A stretch of 64,000 bases of DNA from Raillietiella orientalis (taxonomy: Eukaryota): positions 682,001 to 746,000 of the forward strand of contig JAYWIR010000049.1 in NCBI GenBank assembly GCA_036172245.1. The letters run 5' to 3'. Below are positions 49,401 through 62,023 of the stretch, piece after piece. The notes under the pieces are model-generated. The model saw nothing but the letters and a program-made list of their open reading frames with translations. It was not told the origin of the DNA and searched no databases. The position numbers were made by a program, and so were the translations under genes. The stretch's first letter is position 1; the number at the start of each line of letters is the position of its first letter.

Positions 49401-52400
49401 CAAGGAGGATGGCGATCAACTCACCCCTCTCCGTCGCATGAAAGTCGAGCTCCGGGGACGTCTATCCTGTCGACCCAGGGCTTTCCCGTCGGCGGACAAC
49501 CGGAGTGCGCCAGGTGCACCAGCCCCCTATTGAGCAGGCGGCCCTCAGAGCTGGTCTCTTCCCTGCCAGATGCCGTAAACTTCAGCTCTTTTTCTGCAGC
49601 GACTGTTCTGCCACGCCTAGGTCATCCAGGAGTCCTCCCGCTGTTTGCGGGGAGGAACCCGAGGTGTGCACAGACACGCGCGGGGTGCTCGTGCAAGCTA
49701 CCCGTACGAGCAGGAACGAGAGAACATTACGGTAGAGCCGGTGTAAACATTAATCTGATCCCCGAACTTCGGGATTTCGGGATTGCACGCGCTTCGCATC
49801 TCGGGAGAGGAGCTCCCGGTTCGTTTCATCTTTTCCCCGTCTGGAAGAGGAGGAGCAGCGCAAGAGGCGGCGCGGACGACCTCACTCGGGAGGGGGATTT
49901 CCTCCTGTCCGTGCTCACCAGGGTCCTGTGGCAATCCCTCCCCACGCGTGCGCGCGAATGCTGACCCCGCAGTTCCGCCCCGCCCCGCCCCGCCCCTCCT
50001 TCCCCTCCCGAGTTTCTCACTTTCGGTCTCAGAAACCCGACTCCCCGGTCCCTTTTTTTTTTTTTTTTTTCTCCCTTCCGGGATGATGACTCTTCTTCCC
50101 TAATGGACAAGGATCCAGGAAAGAATCTGCCGCAGATGGCGAGGCTCGATGGTGGCGTGGGAGGGGCTCTAGAGGTGTAGCCCAAGAGGGGCAAGGGGAA
50201 GGCAAGCTCGGGCGACGGTTGCTCCCGTGCCTGCCAGACGACTGGCAAGTGGGACGCGCGTGGGAGAGCAGCTGCTGCTGACATTAGCACACAGCAGTGC
50301 TCTCTAGGAATCTCGCCCGCTGTCTTTTGTCACGTGAGACCACCTCCTGGAATCTTTTTCCGAGTTCCGGGAACGATCTTCTTGGAAGGTCACTTCCGGA
50401 AGGTCATCGTCTGAAAAGGTCGAGCTGTTTCTTCTTGCATCCAACGATTCTCCAGGTGGTTCTTCTACCGAGATGAGTCAACCAGGAAAGACCCCCTTCC
50501 AGCTGTGCCTCCCGAAACGCCATCTGCGTGCCTTCCAGAGTCGATTTTCTAATCACAAGACGACGGTGATGCCTCGAGAAGTGGCTCCTGGATGAATTCA
50601 CGCCTTTTCCGCATCAGGGATTTCTCGGACGCTTCGGCTGTCAACAGAGCCACCCTTCCGCTCCCTCCTGCTGAGGACCGCCTACACGCACCCATAGGGA
50701 GGAGACCATCGCTCGGAAGGGACTTTCTGGTGATGGCGCTGAGGCTGAGATTTCACCCAGTAGCATGACATCAGTTGGTCTTCGAACTTCCCGGTGGTCC
50801 TTCCTGCTTCTTACCTCCCCCCTTCCCTTTTTCCCTTTCTCCTTCCCAACGCGAAGCTTCAATTTTTTTTCCTCTCAGAAAGCGGCAAGCCGTTGCGTTA
50901 CCCTCTGACTTGCCCCTATTCCCAGACAGGACCGCTTCTATTCCCCATCGGAGACGCATTCATCCTTTCTTACCTCCTTTCCTTTCCTGTCCTTCCCGGT
51001 CGTCCACGAGATGTGCCTGCAGCGTTGTCAGCCCCTGGTCACCTTATTCTGGCAACTTCCCCCAAGTCTCGGGTTCCTGGATTTCCCTGGGATGGGGAGG
51101 AAACCTAGCAGCCGAGAATCCGAGAAAAGCAACCTCTGGTAGGTAGAAGGCATCGGAGGGCCCCGATCCTCAAATCCCTCCCTCCAAATTTTTTCCTGCC
51201 GCTTCAGAGCAACTTCCCTTTCCTGATTCGACCCTCCTCCTTGCCCCCTTTTTTTCGTACTTTAACGAACCCGGAATGAGGGGAAGCAGTACCGGGATGA
51301 TAGCGAAAAACGCGCAGGGAATGCACCTCCACCCTGGAAGATCAAGTGCGCGGCAGCAGGCGCCCGCTTCCTTAGAGAAGAGCGAATGTATGTGCCAGGG
51401 GGAACACCCTTCGCGGCACCACGTGCGCGAAGTCAGGTCAGGGGTCTCGAGTCAAGTGGCACTTCTTCCCCCCCTTCATGCTGGTCCTCTTCGGAGCTTG
51501 GTGCTGTTGTCGCCTGCAGGTGGCAGCTGGGTCGAGCTGTCTCAACGGAGAGTTGCGGGTTCACCTCACCCCCGCGGTGCTCCGTGGCGCTCGAATCGCG
51601 CCGGAGTCGAGGAGACGCGCGCTCGGGTCCCCAAAGGGTCTCAGGAGCGATGCGAATCCCATCTCCCGGAACCTGGAGTTGACGCACGTCCTGAGGTCCT
51701 CCTGAGTTTCTCTCGAAGCGCTTCCCCGGTCGGCAGCATCCGCCAGTCGCACGGCGTCGAAAGAAAGGGCGTTCGGGATTGCCGTTCTTGGCGTTCGGAT
51801 GCATCCGGGAGCCGAGGATTCCCCTCTTCCTTCCCTCTTTCCGCCCTCAAGGGTGGTGGTTGCCAAGAACGAGTTACGATAACTGCCGCATTCTGGTTCC
51901 CGGTACTTCCCTCCGGAACGGGTGTTATTCGAGCTGCGAACCGACCGCCTTGCGACCGTTCGGAAAGAAGTCGTCCGTTCCCCCTTCCCCAGAGGTCGCT
52001 GAAGCAAGAGGGCGCAGGAACGCCAAGTCTAAATTTCGACCCGTTTATTCACCCTTTGGTTCCAGCCTTTCCGGCCTTTTCGTCCTCCCTTCCTGGTTTC
52101 CGAAGCGGACGGTGCCTCGGATAATCATCCGGAACGAGCCGAATTTTTTCGGTTTTTGAACCGGCGGGAAGAGGAAATTTTTTCCATCACGATCACTCAG
52201 CAAAGCAAACGGGGGATCCGGGAGCGTCATGAGGCGGATTCTCAAGAACTGTCAATATTTGTGTTCTTTGGCCTCCTCTCCCGTCCATGGATTTCCGGCA
52301 CGGGAGAAGTTTCCCCAAACTCACTCTGATACCGGGATAATCAAACTGGACGTCATTTTTTTTTTTTTTTTTTTTTTGCACCTCCTCCTCCCCCCCTCCT

Positions 52401-53298
52401 TCCCTTCTCCCGTCAGCTGTATTTATTAGCAATGATGATCCCATCTGCACATAATGGACGAAACCTTACTCCCGCTATCCCGATACTTCACCTCCGAGCT
52501 TCAGGGGGAAGCGTACGCAACAATGAAGCGACGGAAACGCGTCAGTTGCAGGGGTGCCATGATGAGCGTAATGGGCTCTTTGCAAAAGGGTAGCGCAAAT
52601 GCCACGCGGGTGCGCAGGAAGAACGCTCCGGGGGCAGCAACTGGCCGGAGCACGAATCGTTCCAGCCTCAGGAAACACCTACTAAGCAGAAAATGAAAGA
52701 GTCTCCTCCCAACGGAGGCAAGAGCAGGACTGCCGAATAATGCAATCGCGTAGGGATGGATGGATGTTCAACAAACATTCATCTTAGCGTCCGAGAAGAA
52801 TGACTGATGCTCTTAATAGCTGTAGTTTCTTCCACGCTATTACCGAGACGCTTCTGGAGGGGAGCCGACCCTAAAAGGCTAACCCTGGAAGAGAGTTTGC
52901 TAAACTTCCTGTTGATATATATAAGCTTTCATAAGTGCGTCGTAAACCAAACGGGACGCATGGGAAATATCGGGAGGGAGAAGTGGAGGAAAACCTGCAA
53001 AATTAAAAAACAAAAACAAAAACAAAAGATGAGGAATTCAATTTGCAGTTCCAATCTGGGATCGATCTCCACACTTGGATCCGGCATCTGTTTCCTTGTG
53101 AATGCCTGCCTCCGCACCGGTCACAGGCACGACAGTCCGGCACGCCGTAGCCAAGCAGAGCTCGCAATTCCATCCTCATCTGCGAGTGGCAGAAGAACCG
53201 CTGCGTCCCAAGAGTTTCCATCAGTACGTCGTCGATACGAAATTAAAAAGAATCGACAAACAAGAATCTCCTTAATGATTATCGATCCAGCCAATAAA

Positions 53299-53305
<7 letters not shown>

Positions 53306-53338
<33 letters not shown>
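53306..53338. repeat. (GA)n microsatellite
   Basis: Perfect AG dinucleotide run following a poly-A tract. Confidence 0.9.
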
Positions 53339-53341
<3 letters not shown>

Positions 53342-56300
53342 AAAAGGAAGGAAAAAAGGCAGAACATGTGCAATCATCGCGGGAAAATAGGTTTCCCGGC
53401 TTGCTGGAGGAAGCGTAGGGAAGCGGCGGCATTCAAATGGGAAGGTTCCTAGCAAACACCTTGACACCACGCCGTCGCGAGGAACATCGTAAAAACGGGC
53501 TTTTTACATCGTTACCACCGCTACGGGCCGCTCGTAACTATCGATTGCGCACGGTCGCACGGCACGTCGCACATTCGCGTACGCCGCCCGTCCGGTCCGC
53601 GACGCTCGCGGAAATCCCTCGTTGGGCTCGGGAAGAGAGAGGGAGGAAGGAAGGAATTTCGTTCGTGAATCGCCGCGGAGAGTTCGCGAAGGACGGAGCG
53701 GGCGGGAGAAGGGGGGGGGGGGGGCGCCTGGCTTCCGCGGCACTTGTTCCCTGACCTGATACAGGACATGCTCAAATTAGCGAGGAGAAGGCCAGCATAA
53801 ATCTTCCCAACTTTTCCACGGTTAAGTCCCGGGAAGGGATCCCTCGCAGATCATCTGCACGGCCGTCCGTGGAGGGGCGCGCGCTCGGGGGCGGAGGAGC
53901 CGCAGCGAGATCCGGGGAGCGGTGCTGCTGTGAACGTGGGTGAAGCCCTGCCAGCAGTCTTCCGGAAGGGAAGGGGGGGGGGGGGTTCGCAGGCGAACCG
54001 ACGGCGGACCTCTCGGGACACGGTCACAAAAGCAACAGCGACGACGGCACACCGTTTTGCGGGAGGGTTGCGTGTACATCCCGTTTCGGACGGCTAAACT
54101 TCCCGGCCTTTCCTTCTGCTCCTCCGAGCAGAATGGAGGGCCATTGTGTTTCCCAATCCCATCTTATTTTCATCTGCTGTGTTTTGACTTTGTCACGGAA
54201 TTATCCGGTACCCATTCTCCGGCGCAATTACTAGTTCTTGCGCATCTCCCCGACGATTATCGGCATTCTTGGAAATGCACTTAAGCCGGGACCTCGGTTC
54301 ATTTTTCACGTGGCACGTTCACTTCAGTCGAGAAAGACAACTCGTGTCGTTAATCATTGGGTGCTGAAGAGGCACGCATTTTTTTTTTTTTTTTTTTTTT
54401 CTTTTTCTTTTTCTTTGCCGACGTGATCATGCACTCCGCACCGCGCAGATGAACAGCCGAGCGTTTTAATTATTTCATAGGGTCGGTCTCTTCCGATGAC
54501 GTCACAGCCGCAATTCTCTCCCTTCCTCCTGCTCCTCCCTGCTTTCTTTCCGATGTCGATGCTGGGAACACGATTTAAAACAAAGATTGGTTCGCAAATC
54601 ATATTACTGGTTATCATATTATCTCGTGCGTGCTACAGGAATGTTATTTTTATTTGAAGAATCTCTCCCGGGAAGCACCGTGCCTTTGCACATTCCTGGA
54701 GAACTCGCAGGCAGAGCCGACTGCAGGGGGCGGACCGGATCATCTCTGCCTACTTTGAGGGAGGGTCGAGGGGTGCCCAGTCGGCTGAAAACCAAACCAT
54801 TCGGGTGCTTCCGGCGAGGAAAGGGAACGAGGAGAAAGAGGATCCAGGAAACGAGCGAAGCGGAAACAATGATAGCCGTCGCTTCCCTACAACACGATCC
54901 GCACGTGCCTTTCTTCATTCCGGGATATCTGCGACTACGCGATGTGGGCAGTCGGCAGCAAGGAAAGAGAGGGAAAAAAATAATAATTCTTGCGCTGTGT
55001 CCTAGACTTTCCCCTTCCTTGCTTTTTTATTGTTTCCTTCTTTCCTAGTTCTCCCTTGACATCTTGGACTTTCTGTAGGCGGTCTGCACACTGCACGCAG
55101 CACGTGTCCTCCGCTGCTGCAACACGCTGGCGAACAACAGATGCGACACCGCACCCCTCCTAACGGAAATGGATGTGTTCCCCCTCCTCCTCCCTTTCTG
55201 TCCGGGGAAAGCGGGGGGAGTAGGAGGCTCGATTTGAAACCAGGGGTTGCGGGTTTGAGGGGAGGGAGGGAAGCGCACCTACGGTTCGCGAGCTGCTCCC
55301 TTGAAGTCCCGGCCTTCCGGTGGGAGCAGGAGGGCTCGCTTCCCACGAATGGCTGTTTCATCCGCAGCTTCTTTCTGAGTCCAGTCCTCTGGCACAGCAC
55401 GGGCCGAATTCCCGTCTCGCCCTGACCGCGCGACCGCCGCCTGCCCCCAGCGCTCCTCGGTCTCGGCGAGGAAGAGGGTGTTCGAACCATCGGGGTGGCC
55501 TTCCGGGGAGAATGGGAGGCTGCAGTGCTTCCTCTGTGCACGTCTCTGGCCTGGGCGCACTTGGAACACGCGGCTGAGGAAGGCGCGCGCATCATTCGGA
55601 ATTGTCACGCGAGCCGCGAGCCAGTCGGGAGGAAAAGACACTGACCTCCTCTCCTTCCCCCTCTTTGGGATGCTGCTTCGAGCAGAACCATCACCCTCTC
55701 TTCTTGCTCCGTCTTCGGGAGACATTGCTCCTGGCGACGCCGTTCCGAGAGAGTCGCCGCCGCGAGCAAACCCTTCCGGATCGACTGGACGCCAGCCGGC
55801 TCGGCTCCTCAATAGACGCGCGCGGCGGCGTCCCCTGGGATACGCGCGAGCCCCCCCCCCCCCCTCCCCGAGTTACAGCGGCCTCTGAGAAAGATGGCGG
55901 TAACCCCGCACGCGGAGGAAGGAGGTCTCTCTTCGCTGCTGCCCCCTGGGGCCAGAGGCTGCTGAAATGGACGAAGGTGGACGTCACGCAGTCGAGTGCG
56001 CCGCGACCCCTCCTCGGGAGCGCCGCCGAGAGGCGGGCGGCGACCTAGCACGAGGGAAAGAGGCAGCGTCCCCGTGCAGTGCTAGCGGGGACTGCGAATC
56101 GACCGGATGCCAGCCGGCCGGCTCCTGAACGAACGTGCGCGTCGTCTTCCTCCGGGGGAGAAATCACTCCTTTCCGCTCCCCAGGAGACTCGAGAGGCCG
56201 TGAAATGGGATCATGGGGTACTATCCTGGGAGACGTCAGGGTGGGTAGATGGTGGATTTCGCAATCTTCTCGCTGGGAAATGGCCTCCGGGTGAGGCTGC

Positions 56301-57096
56301 CGGGAGGTGAGCCATCGCTCGACCTCTTCTTCGCTATGGCTGTCTTCGGGTGCGCGCCTGCAGTCCCCCCTCCTCTCCCGCTCCCCGTGAACCTCCCCCC
56401 CCTTCCTCACACTCGAGGTTCCCGCTTAGGGAACGGAGAGTTCGGGGGAGAAGTCGGAGACCAGGCTGGTCTTCGCCAGCCCTCCTTTCCCCGGAAGCTG
56501 CCATGTCCGTTGTCTCGGAAAACCCTCGCCCCTCCACCAGGGACGGTCAGGAAGGAGGGAAGGAAGGGAGGTGTTCTCCCTGCTCTGCTCCCCCTCCTCC
56601 GCTGGAAGGGAGCGTCATCCTCCCTCGCCAGTGGTTTCCGGGTCGCCCCAGCGGCTGCTTCCTCTCCCGGAACCTTGAAAGAAGACGAGGAAGGTGGGGA
56701 AAAGGAATGTGGGTAGTCCTCGGCTACCCACATCCCTTTTCCCCACGAAGAATGGGAAGGCCGCTGCTCTCGTCTCCCCCCGGGAAGAGACGCTCCTTGA
56801 GCGTGCAGCTCCTGATCGTCTCTTCGCGTGCAGATGCCGCAGCACCTGAGGTCTCCCTCGCCGTCCTCTCGAGGTGTCCTCCTGGAATGGTAGGAGAGTC
56901 TCCTTCCCCCCCCCCCCTTTCCTAGCGGGGAAGGGGAAGAGTGGGGTTCTGTTTCAACTTCCCGTGCGCTCCCGGATACTCCTTTTCTTCCCAGAGGAGA
57001 GGGGCAGGAGAAAGGGGGGGTGCCTTGGGGTGCCGCCTTCCCCTCCAACCCCGCTCAAGGACATGAGCCTCGGGGGGCCGCTTTTCTTAAGCAAAC

Positions 57097-57102
57097 TTTA
57101 TT
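57097..57102 (-). terminator. Candidate proximal poly(A) signal of complexin
   Basis: AATAAA on the minus strand in a local AT-rich patch about 1.6 kb downstream of the complexin stop. Confidence 0.4.
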
Positions 57103-58740
57103 GTTCTCTATGGTTTAATCTTGCACAAAGTTTAGCCTGGTTACTGGTCTGGCGGAATGACGTCACGCCGCTCCAACACGCCTAGCGCTCCTCTCTCGTG
57201 GACAACAACACAACAACGCAACAACAATGGCGGCAACAACAACAACCATTTACGGAGTCTGAGGTCCTTTTAGCTGTCCGCATCTATTTACAAACAACAA
57301 TTGGAACAAAGATCTACTTCGTCTTCTTCCTGTTTTTCTATTCCTCCCCACTCCCGCCTCCTCCATCCCCCACGAAAGCGCAGCGAGAAAAGCTAAGAAA
57401 GAGGGGGGGAGGAAATGCCGCGTGGAAAAGGGGAGGAAAGAAGGAAGTAAAGAAGGAAGCAGCGGAGATTCGGAGGGGGGGGGGGGAAGTGGGTCAACGA
57501 TAGTGGCAGCAACGGCGCCTCCGCACGGAAGGACCTGCCACGGCCGTCGGCAAGCGTTTGGCGAGGCTGCTGACGCCTCTCCTTGGCCCGACTGGCAGGC
57601 AAGCGAGGAGGGGGGGCTGCCTTTCGGCAGCTCCGAAATCTCCAGCATCCTCGAGATGGATGCCTTCGTCCCCTCAAGGGTAGTCCGGAGCCCCCGATCG
57701 GAGACGCTGCATCCCGATCGGAGCGGCTGCCTCCTTCTGCTCCTTGCGTCGCTTTCCTTCCGAACGGATGCGGAGAAAGAGGACAGCCGCCGCGGGCGGA
57801 TGAATGTGGAAGGCGCCCGCCAGGAGACGGGAAGGAGGGAAGAGTGGCTACGGGGCTGATTCCGAGCCTGCAACAGGGCAGGCCGGAAGGAACGCCCCAC
57901 AGTCCTTACACCAGAAGGAGGGAGCAGCAGAAAGGAAAAGGATAAACGTACCCGTGTACCATCATCGTCATCATCATCGGTGAGCCGGCAGGAACTGCTC
58001 TCTGCTCCCGACTACCCGCGCGGTCAGAGAACAAACGAATCGAAAAAAAAAAAAAAATGGGGATGGATGGATGGATGGAGGAGGAGTAAAAAAAAAAAAA
58101 AAAAAAGAGTAAGTGGTGGGGGGAGGGGAAGGAGGAAGGAGCAGCCCTCCTCGCCCGTGTCTCCTTGTTCGAGCACGTATTCTTCTTCTTCCTTGTTCCT
58201 TTCCGTCTTCTGGAACCGCTCCTTGCTTCCCGCCTCCTCCCGAGCTGCGGTCGACCCGAAGGTCCCGGGTGAACTCACGCGGGATTAGAAGGGGGAGGCG
58301 GCGCCGTAGGCCGTGGCCGTGACGACTGCCGAGGAAGAACGGCGAAGACGCCAACAGGATGATGGATTTCGCGCCGCTGCGGGCTGGCGCAGCCGTTTAT
58401 AACGGAAGTGCCGCCGCGGGGCGCCTCCGCAGATGCGAGGAGGAGCTGCCCGTCCGAGCACCTTTGTGGGAAGAGGAGGGAGGGAGGTCTCTTTCGGTTC
58501 TTATTCTCGGGGACAGGGGGGAGAACGGGGGCCTGGCTTCTGCGTATCTGTTTCTTCCGAGGCCCTGGGAGCGGCGGCGACCCGCTCTAGCGGGGGAGCA
58601 ACTACTTCTAAAAAAAAAAAAAAAAAGGGCGAATCCCAGATCTCAAGTTCCGGCACTGCAGATCTCGAGGGAAGAGGAGGAAAGAAAGGGGAGCGGAGGG
58701 TGCCAGGGGAACCCGAGGGGATTCGCTGCCTGTGGGCGCG

Positions 58741-61700
58741 TTACTGGACGCAGCACCGGCCTTCGATCTGCTGCCGTAGCTCGGCGACCTGGTTCTGTAT
58801 AATTCGCTTCAGACCTGGAACAGAGGAGGCACATCTTAGTACACCAGGGACCGCCCCTGCCGCAGGGAACGAAAGTAGGACGCGGTCCGATCAGAAGGAG
58901 GAGACGGACGAAAGGTGGCTCTTCTCCGAGAGGGGATGTGCCTCCGGGGACGCCACCCAGAGGCGCATCTCCGGGATATCGAGACGCCGCGACGCCCGTG
59001 GGACAGGCAGAACCATCCAGGTGCCACGCGAGGGGGGCTGCCCCATGCAGGAAGTCTCTTCCTCCCGGCACAGGAACCGTTTTCGCTTCCACGTTCCAGT
59101 CACTCCTGGGCGACAGATCCTCCGGGCCCTCCTTGTCTCTCTCCTCCTCCCCCTCCTTTCCAGTTCCTTGTCTCCGAGCATTCCAGGTTCTGAAAGGCCA
59201 ACTCCCCTCGTCCGGTTAGCACGAGATCCGGGCAAACTACAATCCGGATGCTGCATCCGACTCCGATCGCACGCGAAGAGAAACAGAGGCGCCGCCAAGC
59301 CGCGCTGCTGAAGCGCCTCGCAGAAAGACCTGCAAACCAAAGATTGATTCGTCGACCTCCCAGGGCTCTCTGGAGCCATCGCGCCAGACCCCTCAGAGTG
59401 CTCTCTTGAGAGAGTGTGGTTGGCGCCTTCCCCCCCGCTGAAAAGGGGGTGATGGGAGGCTCCCGAAGAGAAGAGCAGTGTCTTCTCCCTTCGGTCGCAC
59501 TCCTCCCCTCGGGCGAAACTCCTCTCCCCAAGGTTCCAGGATTTCAGGACGCTCCCCACTCTCCCCCGAGTGACTAGCTCTTCCTCTCGGGGCGTACTGG
59601 AGATTTCCCGGCAACTTTGAGCCCTAAGGGAGAATGGGAGGGGGATTCAGACCCTTTCCCCACTGCGGATCAAGGCGCCTTCTCGGGCCGTGCGGCGGCA
59701 AATGGGCCACGGCCTGCTTGCACCTTTGCATGTGGAGAGGGTCGATCGCTCTCTAGGGTACTCCTCTCCCCGAGTGAGTCGCGTCACCTTTGCCACGGAG
59801 GCACCGCCCGCAAAAATGTGGCGAGGAAGATGCGAGGGTGGCGATCCCGCGCGCGTGCAAACAGGGAAGACGGGGACACATGCGCGCTGACTCCCTCCCT
59901 CCTCAGCTCCCTGTTTGCGAGCAGGCGCGTGCCACGATCCATGCCCCTCCCCTCATCTCCTTCTCGCCGGAAGTGCTACGGCATCTCCTCTAGGAGGCCG
60001 CGCCCTCAACGCCCTCTCTCCCCAGCGGCAGCTGTGTCGACCCCCTCGATCCCCTAAAGAGGGACGCGAGAATGCAGCAAGGAGGTTTCCCTCCCTGCTG
60101 AGGATTTTGCCTGCCGCGCGGTCGGCCGGCGCAGGGCTGCACGCACTCCTTCTGGCCCTCCCGGGGAACTGCCACCAGGCCTACGCGCAGCTCTCCCGCG
60201 GCCGGCACACTCGCAATGGCGTCTCCCGGATGCTGCAGGGGTGGCGGCACCGAGGATGAGAGTTCCTGTTAAGGATGTCGCACGGGAGGGAAGTGGGTGC
60301 CGCTGGCAAAAGGAGGGGACCCCCGACGACGGGCGTCAGGGAGGCGGTCGCCTAGCGGCCCGAGCGGGAAGCTGCCCCCTGGCTCTGGTATGCTGATGTG
60401 AGCAGAGGCCGCATCGCAGGAGCCTCTGAGGTCAGGGATGCAACCTCAGGAACTCTTTTCCCCTTTCCCTCGTCGGCTTCCCTCCGAAGCCCGCGAGGAA
60501 GGTCAGGAGGGCTCGCCCTTGCGGTGAAGGCCTCCTCGTCCGCTCTTCCACCTTCGAGTCCTCGGCTTCCCGCGAGGCGCTCAGGGTGGGCCACGGCTGA
60601 GGTGCCCTCCGCACGAGTCACGAGGGAGGCAAGAAAACGGTTCTGGTTCCCGCCCTCCATGATGCTGAGTCTCATGAGGCAGTTAGGTCGGGCGCGCTTC
60701 GCTCCGCGGAGGCGGATGCAGCACTCAAGCACCCGGAGGCAACACTCCTCACGGGAACTCGAAGGAACGGAAGAGCTGCCTCCCTCTCCGTTTCTTCTCG
60801 TCTTCCCTGCGTCCCCTTTCGGTCGATGAGATCATCTTCCTCTTTCCTCCTCGCGAGCGACAGGCCAGGGAGGAGGAGGTTTCTCCCGTAACGCCGGGAT
60901 GGGAGAGCTTCCGGAAGCTCTGTGTCTCCTCCTCTGCTCCGTCCACGGCGCCACCTCAAGTCGGTCGAGCGCAAGAGGGGAGCAGGGAGACGGCGTTCCA
61001 GGATGGAAGGGGGGAAGGCAGGAAGGAGGGGAAGGGAGCCATCTTTCTGTCCGTCGAGAAGGCTCCGAGCGGACGCGGAAAGGGCATCCCAGAAAAGGAA
61101 AGGAAGGCCTGGCAACCCATAAATCAAACGGGAATCCATCGCCCGGGAACGCTGATGGCGCGCGCGGTTTCCTCGTGGAGCCGGAAACAATCGATGGAGG
61201 GGAACGCGGGCGAAGATTCCGGGACTCCCCGGCGACGGCGGCAAGTTTTCGGGGATGCTCGGAAGAAGGCGATCAGGAATGCCGGGTGAGCCGCAATCGG
61301 TCCAGGGGATCGATCGGAGGAGGGGGCATCCCGGAGATGCCGGGATAGGAGAACCTCCTATCGAGGGCACCAGAAGGGGGGTGGGGTGGGAGAAGACCCG
61401 TCGCGCGGGGGAAGCCGCGAGTCAAGTCCACTCCCACTCGGTCCGGCTGCGAGTGGGAGTGGGGACGAATCCCGGATGCTGGCGCCAGGTCGATGGGCAC
61501 GAGTTGAGCCGGAGTGTTGCCGTCCCTCTCTTCCCCTTTTTCCTTTCCTTCCTCCGGCGAGGGAGTGCGCTGGAAGTCCTCAGAGAGGGTCCCTCAGCAC
61601 TTTTCATCACCAGAAGGAGGAAGGGAGAAAGAGGGTACGCTTACGTATGTCCGTGGGAACAAGAGAGGGAGGAGCACTCAGTAGAAGCGCGCAGAGCGCC

Positions 61701-62023
61701 AACGGGGCGTGCGGAGAAGGCTCTCGCTGTCACTGGCCGCCGGCTTCGCCGGCGCCCTCTTGACGGGAGAGGCACCTATCCCGTCCCCTTCCGGCGGCGG
61801 GTCCCACAGAGGGAGGGAGGGAGCGCTCTGCCTCCCGGCGGACGGAGTCGGGGAACCCGGTCGCCTCTTTTCCCTAGCGAGGGCTACAAGTGCGCGCGCA
61901 CTCACGCGTGAAGTCGTCCTCTTCCTCGGTGGCCTCCCTTGCCATCTCCTCGTTCGTCTTCCTCTTCCGGTTCAAGGAGTTGTCCGAGAACTCCGGGTTC
62001 TCCTCTCTCTTCTTGATGTGGTA
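58741..62023 (-). CDS. cpx: Complexin (synaphin), last two coding exons; 5' exons lie beyond the right edge of the window
   Basis: Exon 62023-61906 (ttgcag|...|gtgagt) encodes YHIKKREENPEFSDNSLNRKRKTNEEMAREATEEEDDFT. Phase-1 intron 61905-58815. Exon 58814-58741 (ttccag|) encodes RLKRIIQNQVAELRQQIEGRCCVQ*. This matches the recalled insect complexin C-terminus YNIKKKEE...RKKKTPEELAAEAEQEELDDFTKLKNQIETQVNELKTQIEGKCVMQ. Missed by the ORF track. Confidence 0.9.

Noticed and set aside
57280..58020. Possible extra complexin exons near 57950-58010 and 57280-57330
   Set aside because: The acceptors lack pyrimidine tracts and the peptides do not resemble complexin. Probably 3' UTR.
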